From an uncultured Chloroflexia bacterium (GTDB lineage: Bacteria > Chloroflexota > Dehalococcoidia > SM23-28-2 > RBG-16-64-32), in NCBI GenBank assembly GCA_963738925.1, contig CAVTYE010000002.1, positions 526,157 through 590,156 of the forward strand: a stretch of 64,000 nucleotides of DNA, read 5' to 3'. The notes beneath the pieces are model-generated. The model was given only the letters and a program-made list of their open reading frames with translations, was not told where the DNA came from and did not search any database. Position 1 is the first letter of the stretch; the number at the start of each line of letters is the position of its first letter. Positions 19,191-28,157 of this stretch are shown here, in pieces. Both the position numbers and the translations under genes were made by a program.

Positions 19191-19934
19191 TCAGGCCCGG
19201 CAGACGCAGAACTCGTTGCCTTCGGGGTCGGTCATCACGTTCCAGACCATCCCGCCTTCTTCGCAGGCCTTGAGCGGCGTCGCGCCAAGGGCAGTGAGCC
19301 GCTCGACTTCGGCCGGCACGTCGGCGACGCCGATGTCGATGTGTACGCGGTTCTTGACATACTTCGGCTCCGGCACCGTCTGGAAGAAGACGGTCGGCCC
19401 GCCGCTGGAGGAGTCGACGGCCACGTTGGGGTCGTCGTTGAGGTAGTCGGTGATGCCCAGGGCAGCCAGCCGGGCGATCTCTTCGTCGTCGTAGGGGCGC
19501 ACAGCGTAGCCATCGAGCGCGCCGGCCCAGAAGCGGGCGGTCCGGGCGGCGCTGCCGCTGTCGAAGACGATTTCGCCCAGGCGCGGCCTCTCCGATTCCC
19601 GGGACGATGCCTGGATGCAGAGCTCGTTGCCCTCCGGGTCTCCCATCACCGTCCAGCGGCGTCCGTCCTGGTCGAACTCCGCGAGCACGGATGCGCCGAG
19701 CGAGACCAGCCGCTTCACTTGAGCTTCCCGGTCGTGGGCGAAGAGCTCCGGGTGGACGCGGTTCTTCCCGGACTTGGGTTCAGGCACCGCCTGGAGGAAG
19801 ATCATCGGGCCGTTTGCGGCGCGCAGGAAGATACCGCTCGGGTCCGCGGTGTACCCCTCGATCGCCTGTCCCCAGAACTTCGCCAGCTTCGCGGGGTCCG
19901 CGCAGTCGATCGTGATGCAGTGGATCGTGCCCAT
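19191..19934 (-). CDS. VOC-family protein with two tandem glyoxalase-like modules
   Basis: I chose the start at ATG 19934 (MGTIHCITIDCADPAKLAKFW). The longer ORF-track start overlaps the upstream gene out of frame. Both halves are paralogous to 18768..19100. Confidence 0.8.
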   Translation of the reverse strand: MGTIHCITIDCADPAKLAKFWGQAIEGYTADPSGIFLRAANGPMIFLQAVPEPKSGKNRVHPELFAHDREAQVKRLVSLGASVLAEFDQDGRRWTVMGDPEGNELCIQASSRESERPRLGEIVFDSGSAARTARFWAGALDGYAVRPYDDEEIARLAALGITDYLNDDPNVAVDSSSGGPTVFFQTVPEPKYVKNRVHIDIGVADVPAEVERLTALGATPLKACEEGGMVWNVMTDPEGNEFCVCRA

Positions 19935-19954
19935 GTTCCGTGGGTTCGCGTCGT

Positions 19955-21598
19955 CTACATGAACTCGTAGCCGCCCATGATCCCCGGCGGCTCCTGGTCG
20001 ATGATCACGTTCACGCAGGCCGGCTTGCCGCTGTCCAGCGCGCGCTGGATCGCCGGGCCGATCTCGGCGGGCGAGGTCACGAACTCGCCGTGGCCGCCCA
20101 TCCCTTCGACGATCTTGTCGTAGCGGCAGTTGTCGCCGAGCGTGGTCGCCACGGCGCGTTCCTTGCCGTACATGGCGCGCTGGCCGACGGCGATCTGCCC
20201 CCACTGGCGGTCGTTGCCGATGACGGACACGACCGGGATGTTGAAGCGCACGAACGTATCGAAATCGAATCCGTTGAGGCCGAAGGCGCCGTCGCCGTTG
20301 ACCATGATGATCCGCTTCTGCGGGTAGACGGAGTTGATCGCCATACAGAAGCCGGTGCCCACGCCCAGCGTCCCGAACGGGCCCGGGTCGTACCACTGGC
20401 CCGGCAGGTTGACCGGCAGCACCTTGGAGGCGTTGGAGACGATGTCGCCGCCGTCTCCGACGACGACCGTGTTCTCGTCGACGAAGTTGGCGATCTCGGC
20501 GCAGAGGCGCAGCGGGTGGATCGGGTCGCGGTCGCTGGTCATCCACTCTTCCATCTGCGCACGCGACTTGTCCTCGGCGTCGCGCAGCTCGTCCAGCCAG
20601 GGCTGGTGGTTGTACTTCGAGCCCTCCATCTCCGCCGTGATCGACTGCAGGAAGGCGCGGGCGTCGGACTCGATCGGGACGTGGACCTCGCGGTTGCGGC
20701 CGAGCTCGATCGGGTCGGTGTCGATCTGGATGATCTTGGCGTCGGCGTTGAAGCGCTTGCCGTAGCCCAGCCGGAAGTCCATCGGGGTGCCGATCACGAC
20801 GACGGCATCAGCCTTGGAGAGCGCGCCGCGGCGGCTGCGGCTGAAGAACAGCTCGTGCTCCTGGGAGATCGAGCCGCGGCCCATCGCGTTCAGGTAGACG
20901 GGCGCCTGCAGCATCTCGATGAACTTGCGCAGCTCCTCGTGCGCCTCCGACCAGTAGATGGCGCTGCCGGCCATGACCACGGGGCGCTCGGCGGAGCGGA
21001 GGATATCGGCGGCCTGCTTGATCACCTTCGGGTCCGGGAAGACGCGCCCCGGCGGCCGGTACGACTCCGGGAAGTAGACGGTGTCCTCCTCGACTTTGCG
21101 GAACAAGACGTCGGTCGGGATCTCGAGGAAGGCCGGTCCCTGCCGCCCCGTCAGCGCCGCGCGGAAGGCCGCCGAGATGTACTCCGGGATGCGCTCCGTC
21201 TGGTGGACGCACTTGGCGAACTTGGTGATCGGGCGCAGCACTTCCGTGTGGTCCATGTCCTGCAGCGCGCCCATCTCGAAGCGGGCCAGGGGGCTGCGGC
21301 CGCCGATGATCAGCATCGGCGACTTGTTGTGCCAGGCGTTGGCGATGGCCGTGGTGGCGTCGGTGACGCCGGGGCCGGCGGTGACGACCGCGACGCCGCA
21401 GCGCCGGGTGGCGCGAGACCAGCCTTCGGCGGCGTGGCCGGCCACCTGCTCGTGCCGGGTGTCGATGATGCGGATGTTTTCGTCGATGCAGGCGTCGTAG
21501 ATGGCCTGGACGTGGCCGCCGCAGAGGGTGAAGATCGTGTCGACGCCTTCCTGCTTGATTGCGCGCGCGACAAGATCGCCGCCGTCAACAAGGGCCAT
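19955..21598 (-). CDS. Thiamine-diphosphate-dependent enzyme (acetolactate synthase / oxalyl-CoA decarboxylase / 2-hydroxyacyl-CoA lyase superfamily)
   Basis: 547 aa. It has the N-terminal Pyr domain (RHEQVAGHAAEGW, TAGPGVTDA), a central domain, and the ThDP-binding GDGAFG...N motif. An AAGGAG SD lies 6 nt upstream of the ATG. Confidence 0.88.
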   Translation of the reverse strand: MALVDGGDLVARAIKQEGVDTIFTLCGGHVQAIYDACIDENIRIIDTRHEQVAGHAAEGWSRATRRCGVAVVTAGPGVTDATTAIANAWHNKSPMLIIGGRSPLARFEMGALQDMDHTEVLRPITKFAKCVHQTERIPEYISAAFRAALTGRQGPAFLEIPTDVLFRKVEEDTVYFPESYRPPGRVFPDPKVIKQAADILRSAERPVVMAGSAIYWSEAHEELRKFIEMLQAPVYLNAMGRGSISQEHELFFSRSRRGALSKADAVVVIGTPMDFRLGYGKRFNADAKIIQIDTDPIELGRNREVHVPIESDARAFLQSITAEMEGSKYNHQPWLDELRDAEDKSRAQMEEWMTSDRDPIHPLRLCAEIANFVDENTVVVGDGGDIVSNASKVLPVNLPGQWYDPGPFGTLGVGTGFCMAINSVYPQKRIIMVNGDGAFGLNGFDFDTFVRFNIPVVSVIGNDRQWGQIAVGQRAMYGKERAVATTLGDNCRYDKIVEGMGGHGEFVTSPAEIGPAIQRALDSGKPACVNVIIDQEPPGIMGGYEFM

Positions 21599-21613
21599 GG
21601 GGAGCTCCTTCTA

Positions 21614-21641
21614 GTGGACAGTGGTTAGTGGACAGTGGACA
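21614..21641. repeat. Tandem heptamer array, consensus GTGGACA, 4 units
   Basis: Read directly as GTGGACA GTGGTTA GTGGACA GTGGACA. It lies 16-43 nt upstream of the ThDP-enzyme ATG, in antisense orientation relative to that gene. Confidence 0.7.
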
Positions 21642-21689
21642 GTGCGTGCGTAAGTGTAGGTGAGAGGGGGGAGGCGGGCAAGCGGCGGC

Positions 21690-22598
21690 CTACGGCTCGG
21701 GTGCGCCACCGGTCTCGGGAACGCAACAGGGGGTGGCCGTGGGCGAGGGTGTGATGCCGAGCACTGCGCAGTCCGTCGGGTGCGAGCCGGCGAGTAGGAC
21801 ATCGACGGGTGTGGAGATGATAGCCATTGAGACGCTACAGCCGAGGTCGCTGACCAGGGACGTGAGCAGGTAGACATTGGCGCTGTCCTGGGCCGTCCCG
21901 TAGACCTTCGGTTCGATACCGTTCGCCGTCATTCTCGCCTTCGCATCGCGGAAGGAAAGGGTCTCGATCTTTGCCGAGTTGGGCAGCTGGTAACCGATGT
22001 CATCGCCAAGGGCGCGCGCCCCCCTGACCAGCGCGAGGTTCGAATCAGCCTGCGTCGCGCAATCGCCGGCAATCGGCCCGTCGACTTTCGAGGGCCACAG
22101 AAGCAACCCATAACCGTCACCTAGCGGGTAGTTGTCTTCCAGGTAAAAGCCGGCCTCTGAGCACTGTGCTCCAGGCGCCGGCGTAGGGTGCGAATACGGA
22201 CCGTTCAGGAAATTTATTTCGCCCAGTCCAAACCCATGCCGCCGTATAAGCCACATCGATTCGCTATCGGCCACGCCGGGGAACGCTGCATTACCCTCGC
22301 GACCGAGAAGTGCGGCCTTGGTCGTGATCTGCACATCGACCGCAGTGATATCACCAACCGTCAGCTGGCCGGAGGCCACCAGGACCTGTTGAGGGCTTAG
22401 ACGCGGAGTGGCTGCAGGAGTGGGAAGGGCCAGGTCCTCGAACTCCGCTGCCGGGGTAGGCGTGGTAGATGCGGCGAGGCGGGCATCATCGGCTCCGCTG
22501 CCGGTTCGCGCCACTCCCCAGCCGAAAAGCGCGAGGCCAGCGATGGCCCCGGCAATCATGGTTGTTCCAGCTGACCGTAGGAAGATCGAGGACTTCAT
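21690..22598 (-). CDS. Hypothetical secreted protein
   Basis: 302-aa ORF with an N-terminal hydrophobic signal-like segment (MIAGAIAGLALFGWG) and a GAGGGGG SD. Local GC is lower, and I recognise no family. Confidence 0.55.
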   Translation of the reverse strand: MKSSIFLRSAGTTMIAGAIAGLALFGWGVARTGSGADDARLAASTTPTPAAEFEDLALPTPAATPRLSPQQVLVASGQLTVGDITAVDVQITTKAALLGREGNAAFPGVADSESMWLIRRHGFGLGEINFLNGPYSHPTPAPGAQCSEAGFYLEDNYPLGDGYGLLLWPSKVDGPIAGDCATQADSNLALVRGARALGDDIGYQLPNSAKIETLSFRDAKARMTANGIEPKVYGTAQDSANVYLLTSLVSDLGCSVSMAIISTPVDVLLAGSHPTDCAVLGITPSPTATPCCVPETGGAPEP

Positions 22599-22762
22599 GT
22601 GACTACCCCCTCGACAAATACAACGAAATGACGCGCCGGAAGTTGCGCGCTCGCCCTAAACCTCCTGCTTCGTTGGCCGGATCAGCATGTCGTTGACCGC
22701 CACGCGGCCTCTAGGCTGTGAGGTGACGCCAAAGGGGCGGGCCCCTCTGGACTCCCATTGCT

Positions 22763-23209
22763 TTAGCCGTTCTTGCGGACGTACCAGGCCACGCTGACCT
22801 CGGCCACCTTCAGGCCGTCGGCGTCCGTCAGGTCCACGGCCACGGCGAAGTCGGCCTTGCCGTCGGGGTCAAGCTTCGCGCGCATCGCGGTGACGTCACC
22901 GTCGATGCGGGAGGTGGCGGTGATCGGGCCGCGCGCCGGCTTCAGGTACTTGATCGAGGCGCTGCGGGCCAGCGGCGTCACTGTGGTGATGATGTCGGCC
23001 AGGGCTCCGACGACCGCCGCTCCGGACGCCGCCTCGGCCACGGCGAAGAGCGCCGCCGCGTGCTGCGTCCCAACGTGGTTGAGCAGGTGGGGCGCCTGGG
23101 GCAGGGTCGCGATGCCCGCGCCCGCCTTCATGTCCACCAGCTCGATGCCGAGATGGCCGTTGAAGGGGACGACGCTGGCCATCATCGTCTTCAGCTGGTC
23201 GATCTCCAT
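22763..23209 (-). CDS. PaaI/YiiD-type hotdog-fold thioesterase
   Basis: I chose the start at ATG 23209, which overlaps the upstream stop as ATGA. NGHLGIELVD and HVGTQHAAALFAVAEAASG are hotdog thioesterase-like. Confidence 0.7.
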   Translation of the reverse strand: MEIDQLKTMMASVVPFNGHLGIELVDMKAGAGIATLPQAPHLLNHVGTQHAAALFAVAEAASGAAVVGALADIITTVTPLARSASIKYLKPARGPITATSRIDGDVTAMRAKLDPDGKADFAVAVDLTDADGLKVAEVSVAWYVRKNG

Positions 23210-23529
23210 CAGTGGAACTCCGGCGCCGTCTCGATGAACTGGCGCACGTCGTTGGTGACGCCGCCCCAGAAGAGGATGCCCCAGATCGCGCCGAGGATCG
23301 CCCGCGCCCACCACTTCGGGGCCATGCCGTTGAAGACGAGCTTCGTCTCGCTATCGGTCTGCTCCAGCTTCACGGCGACGCCGACGAAGGCGTTCTTCTC
23401 CACCACGAAGTCGCGGAAAAGCCCGCGGAAGACGTGCACTTTGTACTTCCCGGCGAAGTGCTGGGCGAAGATCTCCTGCGTCCGCTCCTTGGTCAACTCA
23501 GGCTTGTGCGCGATTGTCACTACGGCCAT
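23209..23529 (-). CDS. Small hypothetical protein with a C-terminal TM segment
   Basis: ORF track 23209..23535. The ATG at 23529 has a GGAGG 5 nt upstream. The gene is translationally coupled to the thioesterase. Confidence 0.5.
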   Translation of the reverse strand: MAVVTIAHKPELTKERTQEIFAQHFAGKYKVHVFRGLFRDFVVEKNAFVGVAVKLEQTDSETKLVFNGMAPKWWARAILGAIWGILFWGGVTNDVRQFIETAPEFH

Positions 23530-23592
23530 GCCCACCTCCTGTCCCGGCGAGCATATGTAGCCGCACAGGCCAGTGTCAAAACCGCGCGTGGT

Positions 23593-24828
23593 CTAGCTGA
23601 GCGCGCCGGCCACGAGCAGGTCCGCGATCTCCTCGTCGCTCAGGCCGAGGATCTCCTTGCAGACGTACTCAGTGTGCTCGCCCAGCAGTGGCGCGCGGCC
23701 GATCTCCCCCGGCGTCCGCGAGAGCTTGAAGGGCGGGCCATCGTAGGCGGCGCGGCCGGTCTCCGGGTGGTCCGGGTAGGCGTAGAAGCCACGCGCCTTG
23801 AGATGCTCATCGTTGTCGAGCACCTCGCGCGCGCTCTGGACGACGCCGGCCGGGATGCCGCGAGCCTGCAGGTCGTTCATGAGCACGTAAGCGTCCTTGT
23901 CGGCGGTCCACGCGCCGAGGTTGGCGTCGAGCTCGTCCTCGTTCTGCTTGCGCGCCTCGTGGGTCGCGAACTTCGGGTCGCGCGCCCAGTCCGCGGCGAC
24001 GGCTTCGGCCAGGGCTCGCCACTGCTCATCGTTGAAGCAGGCGATGGCGACCCAGCGCTCGTCCATCGGGCGGCCGCCGTCGCTCAGGGGAAGGCACTTG
24101 AAGGCGTTGTGCGGCGCGGCCTCGGCGATGTGGTTGCCGGCGCGGTTTTCCAGGACCCCGTTGGCGGTGAAGTCGAAGATCGCCGGGCCCAGCGGGGCCA
24201 CGGACGACTCCAGCTGTGCGCACTCGATCCGCTGTCCCTTGCCGGTGCGGCGCCGGTAGTGCAGCGCGGCCAGGATCGCGACCAGCGTGTGCCCGGGGTT
24301 GATGACGTAGTCCGGGTAGTTTGTGCCGACGCCGACCGGCTTGCGGTCAGGGAAGCCGGACAGGTAGCTGTAGCCCGTGATCGGCGTCAGCACCGCGCCA
24401 AAGCCCAGGAAGTCGCGGTGCGGCCCGTCGTAGCCCTGCATCGGCTGGTAGGCGGCGATTATCTTCGGGTTCCACTCCGAAAGCTTGTCGTACGTGAGCC
24501 CCCAGCGCTCGATGACCCTCGGCGTGATGTTGGAGAGAAAGACGTCGGCCCACTCAATCAGCCTGCGCGCGACCTTCGGGCCTTCCGCGCTGTTCATGTT
24601 GAGGGTCAGGTCATACTTGCCGCCGTTGAAGTTGTTGAAATAGCCGCTGACGTTGTAGCCCGTCTTGCCGGGCGGGAACGGCGCGATCGTGCGCAGCGAG
24701 TCGATGTGCGTCTCCGACTCCACGCGGACGACGGTGGCCCCGTAAGTGGCCATGTGCAGGGCGCAGATCGGCCCGGCGCCGAACCAGGAGAAGTCGGCTA
24801 CTTTCAGGCCTTCGAGCGGGCGCTTCAT
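23593..24828 (-). CDS. Family III CoA-transferase (CaiB/BaiF family)
   Basis: LEGLKVADFSWFGAGPICALHMATYGATVVRVE at the N-terminus, PLLGEHT near the C-terminus; 411 aa. Confidence 0.88.
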   Translation of the reverse strand: MKRPLEGLKVADFSWFGAGPICALHMATYGATVVRVESETHIDSLRTIAPFPPGKTGYNVSGYFNNFNGGKYDLTLNMNSAEGPKVARRLIEWADVFLSNITPRVIERWGLTYDKLSEWNPKIIAAYQPMQGYDGPHRDFLGFGAVLTPITGYSYLSGFPDRKPVGVGTNYPDYVINPGHTLVAILAALHYRRRTGKGQRIECAQLESSVAPLGPAIFDFTANGVLENRAGNHIAEAAPHNAFKCLPLSDGGRPMDERWVAIACFNDEQWRALAEAVAADWARDPKFATHEARKQNEDELDANLGAWTADKDAYVLMNDLQARGIPAGVVQSAREVLDNDEHLKARGFYAYPDHPETGRAAYDGPPFKLSRTPGEIGRAPLLGEHTEYVCKEILGLSDEEIADLLVAGALS

Positions 24829-25406
24829 TGGACTACGAACGTCCCCGACATCTGCGAAACGTGGAAGTCGCAGCGAAACTGGTACGTGCCCGGGCCCGGG
24901 AAGCTGACGGTCAAAGTAGCGGTTGTGCCGGCCAGGATCTTGCCGGGGTTCGAGCAGGCGAAGGCCAGTCCATCGCCCGGCTTGCAGAAGAGCGCTCCAA
25001 AAACCCCGTCGCTGTTGGCAACCTGCACGTTGTGGATGGCAGCGCCGTCGTTGTCCACCTCAAGCACAACTGTCTGATTGGCCGGGACGGTGATCGGAGG
25101 GTTCCGCGCGCCCTGGTATTCGAAGTAGAAGTCGTGGGCGTGGAGAGCGATGTCTGGGGCCAGCGTCGGCGCGGCCGTGGGTACCGGCGTCGGGACGGGG
25201 GTTGGCTCAGGAGTTGGGGCAGCGGTCGGGACGGGCGTTGGCGTCGGACTGAGCGATACGACAGTGGCTGTCGGAGCTGCGCCAACCGTTCTGGCCGCGC
25301 TCGGGGTCGGCGAAACGGACGGCGACGGAGCGGCATCGCTACCGCCGCAAGACAGCGAGAGAATCGCGGTCATCAGTGCGCCTCCAAAGACCAGGCCACG
25401 AAGCAT
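24825..25406 (-). CDS. Cupredoxin-like (type-1 copper) lipoprotein
   Basis: It has the lipobox LSLSCGG, a PT-rich linker, and the copper ligand pattern H (AIHNV) ... C-x2-H-x3-M (FRCDFHVSQM). Overlaps with both neighbouring genes indicate an operon. Confidence 0.7.
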   Translation of the reverse strand: MLRGLVFGGALMTAILSLSCGGSDAAPSPSVSPTPSAARTVGAAPTATVVSLSPTPTPVPTAAPTPEPTPVPTPVPTAAPTLAPDIALHAHDFYFEYQGARNPPITVPANQTVVLEVDNDGAAIHNVQVANSDGVFGALFCKPGDGLAFACSNPGKILAGTTATLTVSFPGPGTYQFRCDFHVSQMSGTFVVQ

Positions 25407-26185
25407 TACTCCAGCTTGTCCAGGAAGTCGGCGATGATGTTGTTCGTCGCGGCCGGCTGTTCCAGCTGGACGAAGTGTGCTGACGGCACCGTGATCACGC
25501 CCAGCCCGGGGAACCGCGCGCGCAGGTCATCTTCACTTGCGAACTGCGTCTCGGCGCGGATGAAGAGCGCGGGGACGGGGATCGTGCCGGCCGGGCTGGC
25601 CTCCTGGATGAGGGTGCTGGCCAGGGCCGTGTGCGTGACCCGCTGGGAGGCGCCCATGTTGGCGATCGTCGCCTCAACCAACGCCGCCGGGGTCTTGTCG
25701 TTGAAGAAGAACTGCCGCGCGAACCCTTCGGCCACTGAAGAGTAGGCCGGCGTCTGCAGGCCTCCGAGAAGCGCCTGTGCGACCGGCATCAGCGTGTCTG
25801 GCAGCGGGACGATCGGCGCGTCGACCATCACGATAGCGCTCGCCAGCTCAGGGTGCTTCCTGGCCAGGGCGAGCGCGATGACGCCGCCCATGCTGTGCCC
25901 GACGACGACGGGCTTCGTGAGGCCGAGCTCACCAATCAGCCAGGCAACGTCGTCGACGAAGCCGGAGATCGAATAATCTTCGTCCGGGGAATCGGACTTG
26001 CCGTGCCCGCGCAGGTCCAGGGCCACGACGCGGTGCTTCCTGGCGAAATGCGGGAGCTGGTCCGCCCAATGCGTGTGATTGCAGGTCCAGCCGTGTACGA
26101 AGACTATCGGCGGGTCACCGCCGCCGGCGTCCGCGTAACGCAGCATGACTCCGTTTCGGGTGGCTGACTTGAGTTCCTCTGCCAT
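25406..26185 (-). CDS. Alpha/beta-fold hydrolase
   Basis: It has the HGW oxyanion region and the GHSMGG nucleophile elbow. I chose the start at ATG 26185, which has a GGAGAG SD. Confidence 0.85.
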   Translation of the reverse strand: MAEELKSATRNGVMLRYADAGGGDPPIVFVHGWTCNHTHWADQLPHFARKHRVVALDLRGHGKSDSPDEDYSISGFVDDVAWLIGELGLTKPVVVGHSMGGVIALALARKHPELASAIVMVDAPIVPLPDTLMPVAQALLGGLQTPAYSSVAEGFARQFFFNDKTPAALVEATIANMGASQRVTHTALASTLIQEASPAGTIPVPALFIRAETQFASEDDLRARFPGLGVITVPSAHFVQLEQPAATNNIIADFLDKLE

Positions 26186-26205
26186 CGTGCTCTCCATCCG
26201 TAAAA

Positions 26206-27504
26206 CTACACCGCGCCCGCGGCTTCCAGGCTCTGCCACTCCGCGGGGGTCACACCCAGCTCGTCCGCGAAGATCTCGTTGTTGTGCTCGCCCACAAGCG
26301 GCGGCCGGCGGCTGATCACCCACGGCGACTCCGACAAGCGGTATGGCGGGCCGGGGTAGTCCAGCGTCCCGCCGATCTCCGGATGAGGGACCGCCGTCAG
26401 CCAGTTGCGGGCCTTCAGCTGGGGGCTCCGGGCGATGTCCTCCGGGGTGCTGACGATGCCCCAGAGGAGGCGGCGCTTCTGGCCTTCCTCATAGAGCTGC
26501 CACTTGCTCCGCTTGCCCACGAACTTGCGCAGCACCTCGGTGAGGTGGTTCATTGTCTTCACGTTCTCCGGGATCTTGGCGGGCTCTGAGAAGAGGCCGG
26601 TCAGGAAGCGTAGGTTGAGGTTGGCGATGAAGGTGGCGTACGGCTCCTCCGTCAGGTCCTCCGCCTCGCCTTCCTCCGCCATCCAGCTCAGCATCTCAGA
26701 CCACGGCGCGCCGCCCGGTGTGCCCAGATAGCCGAAGACGTGGCCGTCTGTGCATTCGTAGATGCCGATGCCCGGTATCTCCAGCGGCACGATCCCGCGC
26801 GATCCCGTGCGGCAGCGCAGGGCCTGGGTCATGTCCCACGTCTGCATCGCCGTCTCCTGGGCCAGGGAGAGCGCCTCCTGCATCGAGACGTCGACGTGCT
26901 GGCCTTCGCCGGTCGCGTCGCGGTGGTAGAGCGCGGTGAGGGCCCCGGCCGCGCCGATGATCGAGGCTGAGATGTATCCCTGCCGCCACGGCAGGACGTT
27001 GGGAGGGTCCTGGGGCTCACCGGCCAGCCACATCACGCCGCTCATGGCGATGCCGATGAGGTCGGGCGCTTCCCAGCCGGCGTGCGGCCCCGTCTGGCCG
27101 AACCCGGTGATCGAGGTGAGGATGATGCCCGGATTGAGGCGTGCCAATCCCTCGTAGCCGAGGCCGATTGAATCGAGGTATCCCGGCCGGAAGCTTTCGA
27201 CGACGATGTCGGCGGTCGCCGCCAGCTTCTCGAAGAGCGCGCGGCCTTCGGCGCTGTCCAGGTTCAGGGTGACGCTGCGCTTGTTCGTGTTGAGGTTGAG
27301 CCAGTAGAGGCTGAGGTCGGGATGGTCGTGGAGCTGAGGTGGCAGCGCGCGCACGGGGTCGCCGCCGGGCGCTTCGATCTTGATGACATCGGCGCCTAGG
27401 TCGGCCAGGAGCTTGGTGGCGTACTGCCCGATCTCACCGGCGAGATCAAGGACGCGGATATCGCCGAGGGCGGAATCGTTTTCGGGGGCCGGTTGCGCTG
27501 CCAT
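26206..27504 (-). CDS. Family III CoA-transferase (CaiB/BaiF family)
   Basis: GDIRVLDLAGEIGQYATKLLADLGADVIKIE and PLVGEHN are present. I chose the start at ATG 27504 (MAAQPAPEND). Confidence 0.88.
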   Translation of the reverse strand: MAAQPAPENDSALGDIRVLDLAGEIGQYATKLLADLGADVIKIEAPGGDPVRALPPQLHDHPDLSLYWLNLNTNKRSVTLNLDSAEGRALFEKLAATADIVVESFRPGYLDSIGLGYEGLARLNPGIILTSITGFGQTGPHAGWEAPDLIGIAMSGVMWLAGEPQDPPNVLPWRQGYISASIIGAAGALTALYHRDATGEGQHVDVSMQEALSLAQETAMQTWDMTQALRCRTGSRGIVPLEIPGIGIYECTDGHVFGYLGTPGGAPWSEMLSWMAEEGEAEDLTEEPYATFIANLNLRFLTGLFSEPAKIPENVKTMNHLTEVLRKFVGKRSKWQLYEEGQKRRLLWGIVSTPEDIARSPQLKARNWLTAVPHPEIGGTLDYPGPPYRLSESPWVISRRPPLVGEHNNEIFADELGVTPAEWQSLEAAGAV

Positions 27505-27883
27505 GTTGCGTACCGCACACAATACCAAAACGTGTGCAGGGGCGCAGCATGTTCCGGCTGCCCGGCCAAACACAGAAGGGGCGTAGCACCTCTGCTACGC
27601 CCCCGCTGGGATGGTGGTTCACGTTGTGGATGTCAGCGGTGCAGCTGGCGTTCACGGTGTCGCCGGTGGCCTGGCCGGTGCAGCTGGTATCGCGGGAGTC
27701 AGCGTGGAAGGTGAAGACGCCGGTGACGCCCTGGTCGGTCGGGCCGGACGACTGCGAGCCCCCGGGCGGCAGGTCTATGCGATCCTGCGCCGGCAGCTCG
27801 TTGCCGACTGCCGTGCCTCCAAAGGTGTAGGAGTGGCCCTTGATTGTGCCGGTGAGGGTGGCCGAGGCCGGCTTGAAGGCCAT
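27446..27883 (-). CDS. Small secreted hypothetical protein; the N-terminal signal peptide is out of frame and the real start is probably ATG 27969
   Basis: An AGGAGG-N7-ATG at 27969 opens 28 codons of signal-peptide-like sequence that stop at a TGA. The ORF-track frame continues with LALLMAFKPASA/TLTG. See the finding at 27446-27969. Confidence 0.45.
   Translation of the reverse strand: MAFKPASATLTGTIKGHSYTFGGTAVGNELPAQDRIDLPPGGSQSSGPTDQGVTGVFTFHADSRDTSCTGQATGDTVNASCTADIHNVNHHPSGGVAEVLRPFCVWPGSRNMLRPCTRFGIVCGTQHGSATGPRKRFRPRRYPRP
27566..27603 (-). terminator. Rho-independent terminator
   Basis: On the minus strand: GGGGCGTAGCA-GAGG-TGCTACGCCCC followed by TTCTGTGTTT. It lies inside the 3' part of ORF 27446..27883. 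Confidence 0.65.
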
Positions 27884-28095
27884 CAGCAGCGCCAGTCCCC
27901 CAGCACCAGAAAGCCCAGCGAGCCGAGCGAGCGGCCCGAAAGTCGTATGGAAAGTCCTTGTCCGTGCATTCGTACGCCTCCTGGTTTGTTGTTATCTGGA
28001 GACGCGCCCCAAACGCGGGAGATTACACGGTCTTCGGTTGGTTCACGGCACCAGTACTGAACATAAGGCTGCGGTGAACGAACATTTCACTGGCA

Positions 28096-28125
28096 TAACA
28101 AAACGGGGCGCAAAAACCGCGCCCC
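28096..28125 (-). terminator. Rho-independent terminator after the rhodanese gene
   Basis: On the minus strand: GGGGCGC-GGTTTTT-GCGCCCC followed by GTTTTGTTA. Confidence 0.65.
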
Positions 28126-28157
28126 GAGCTGTTTTCGCGACAACTGTCACCGAGTAT

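Noticed and set aside
21690-21760. The C-terminal VPETGG of the hypothetical secreted protein as a sortase (LPXTG-like) sorting signal for the sortase at 54014..54742.
   Set aside because: No hydrophobic segment or basic tail follows the motif; the protein ends 5 residues later. The sortase gene is also 32 kb away.
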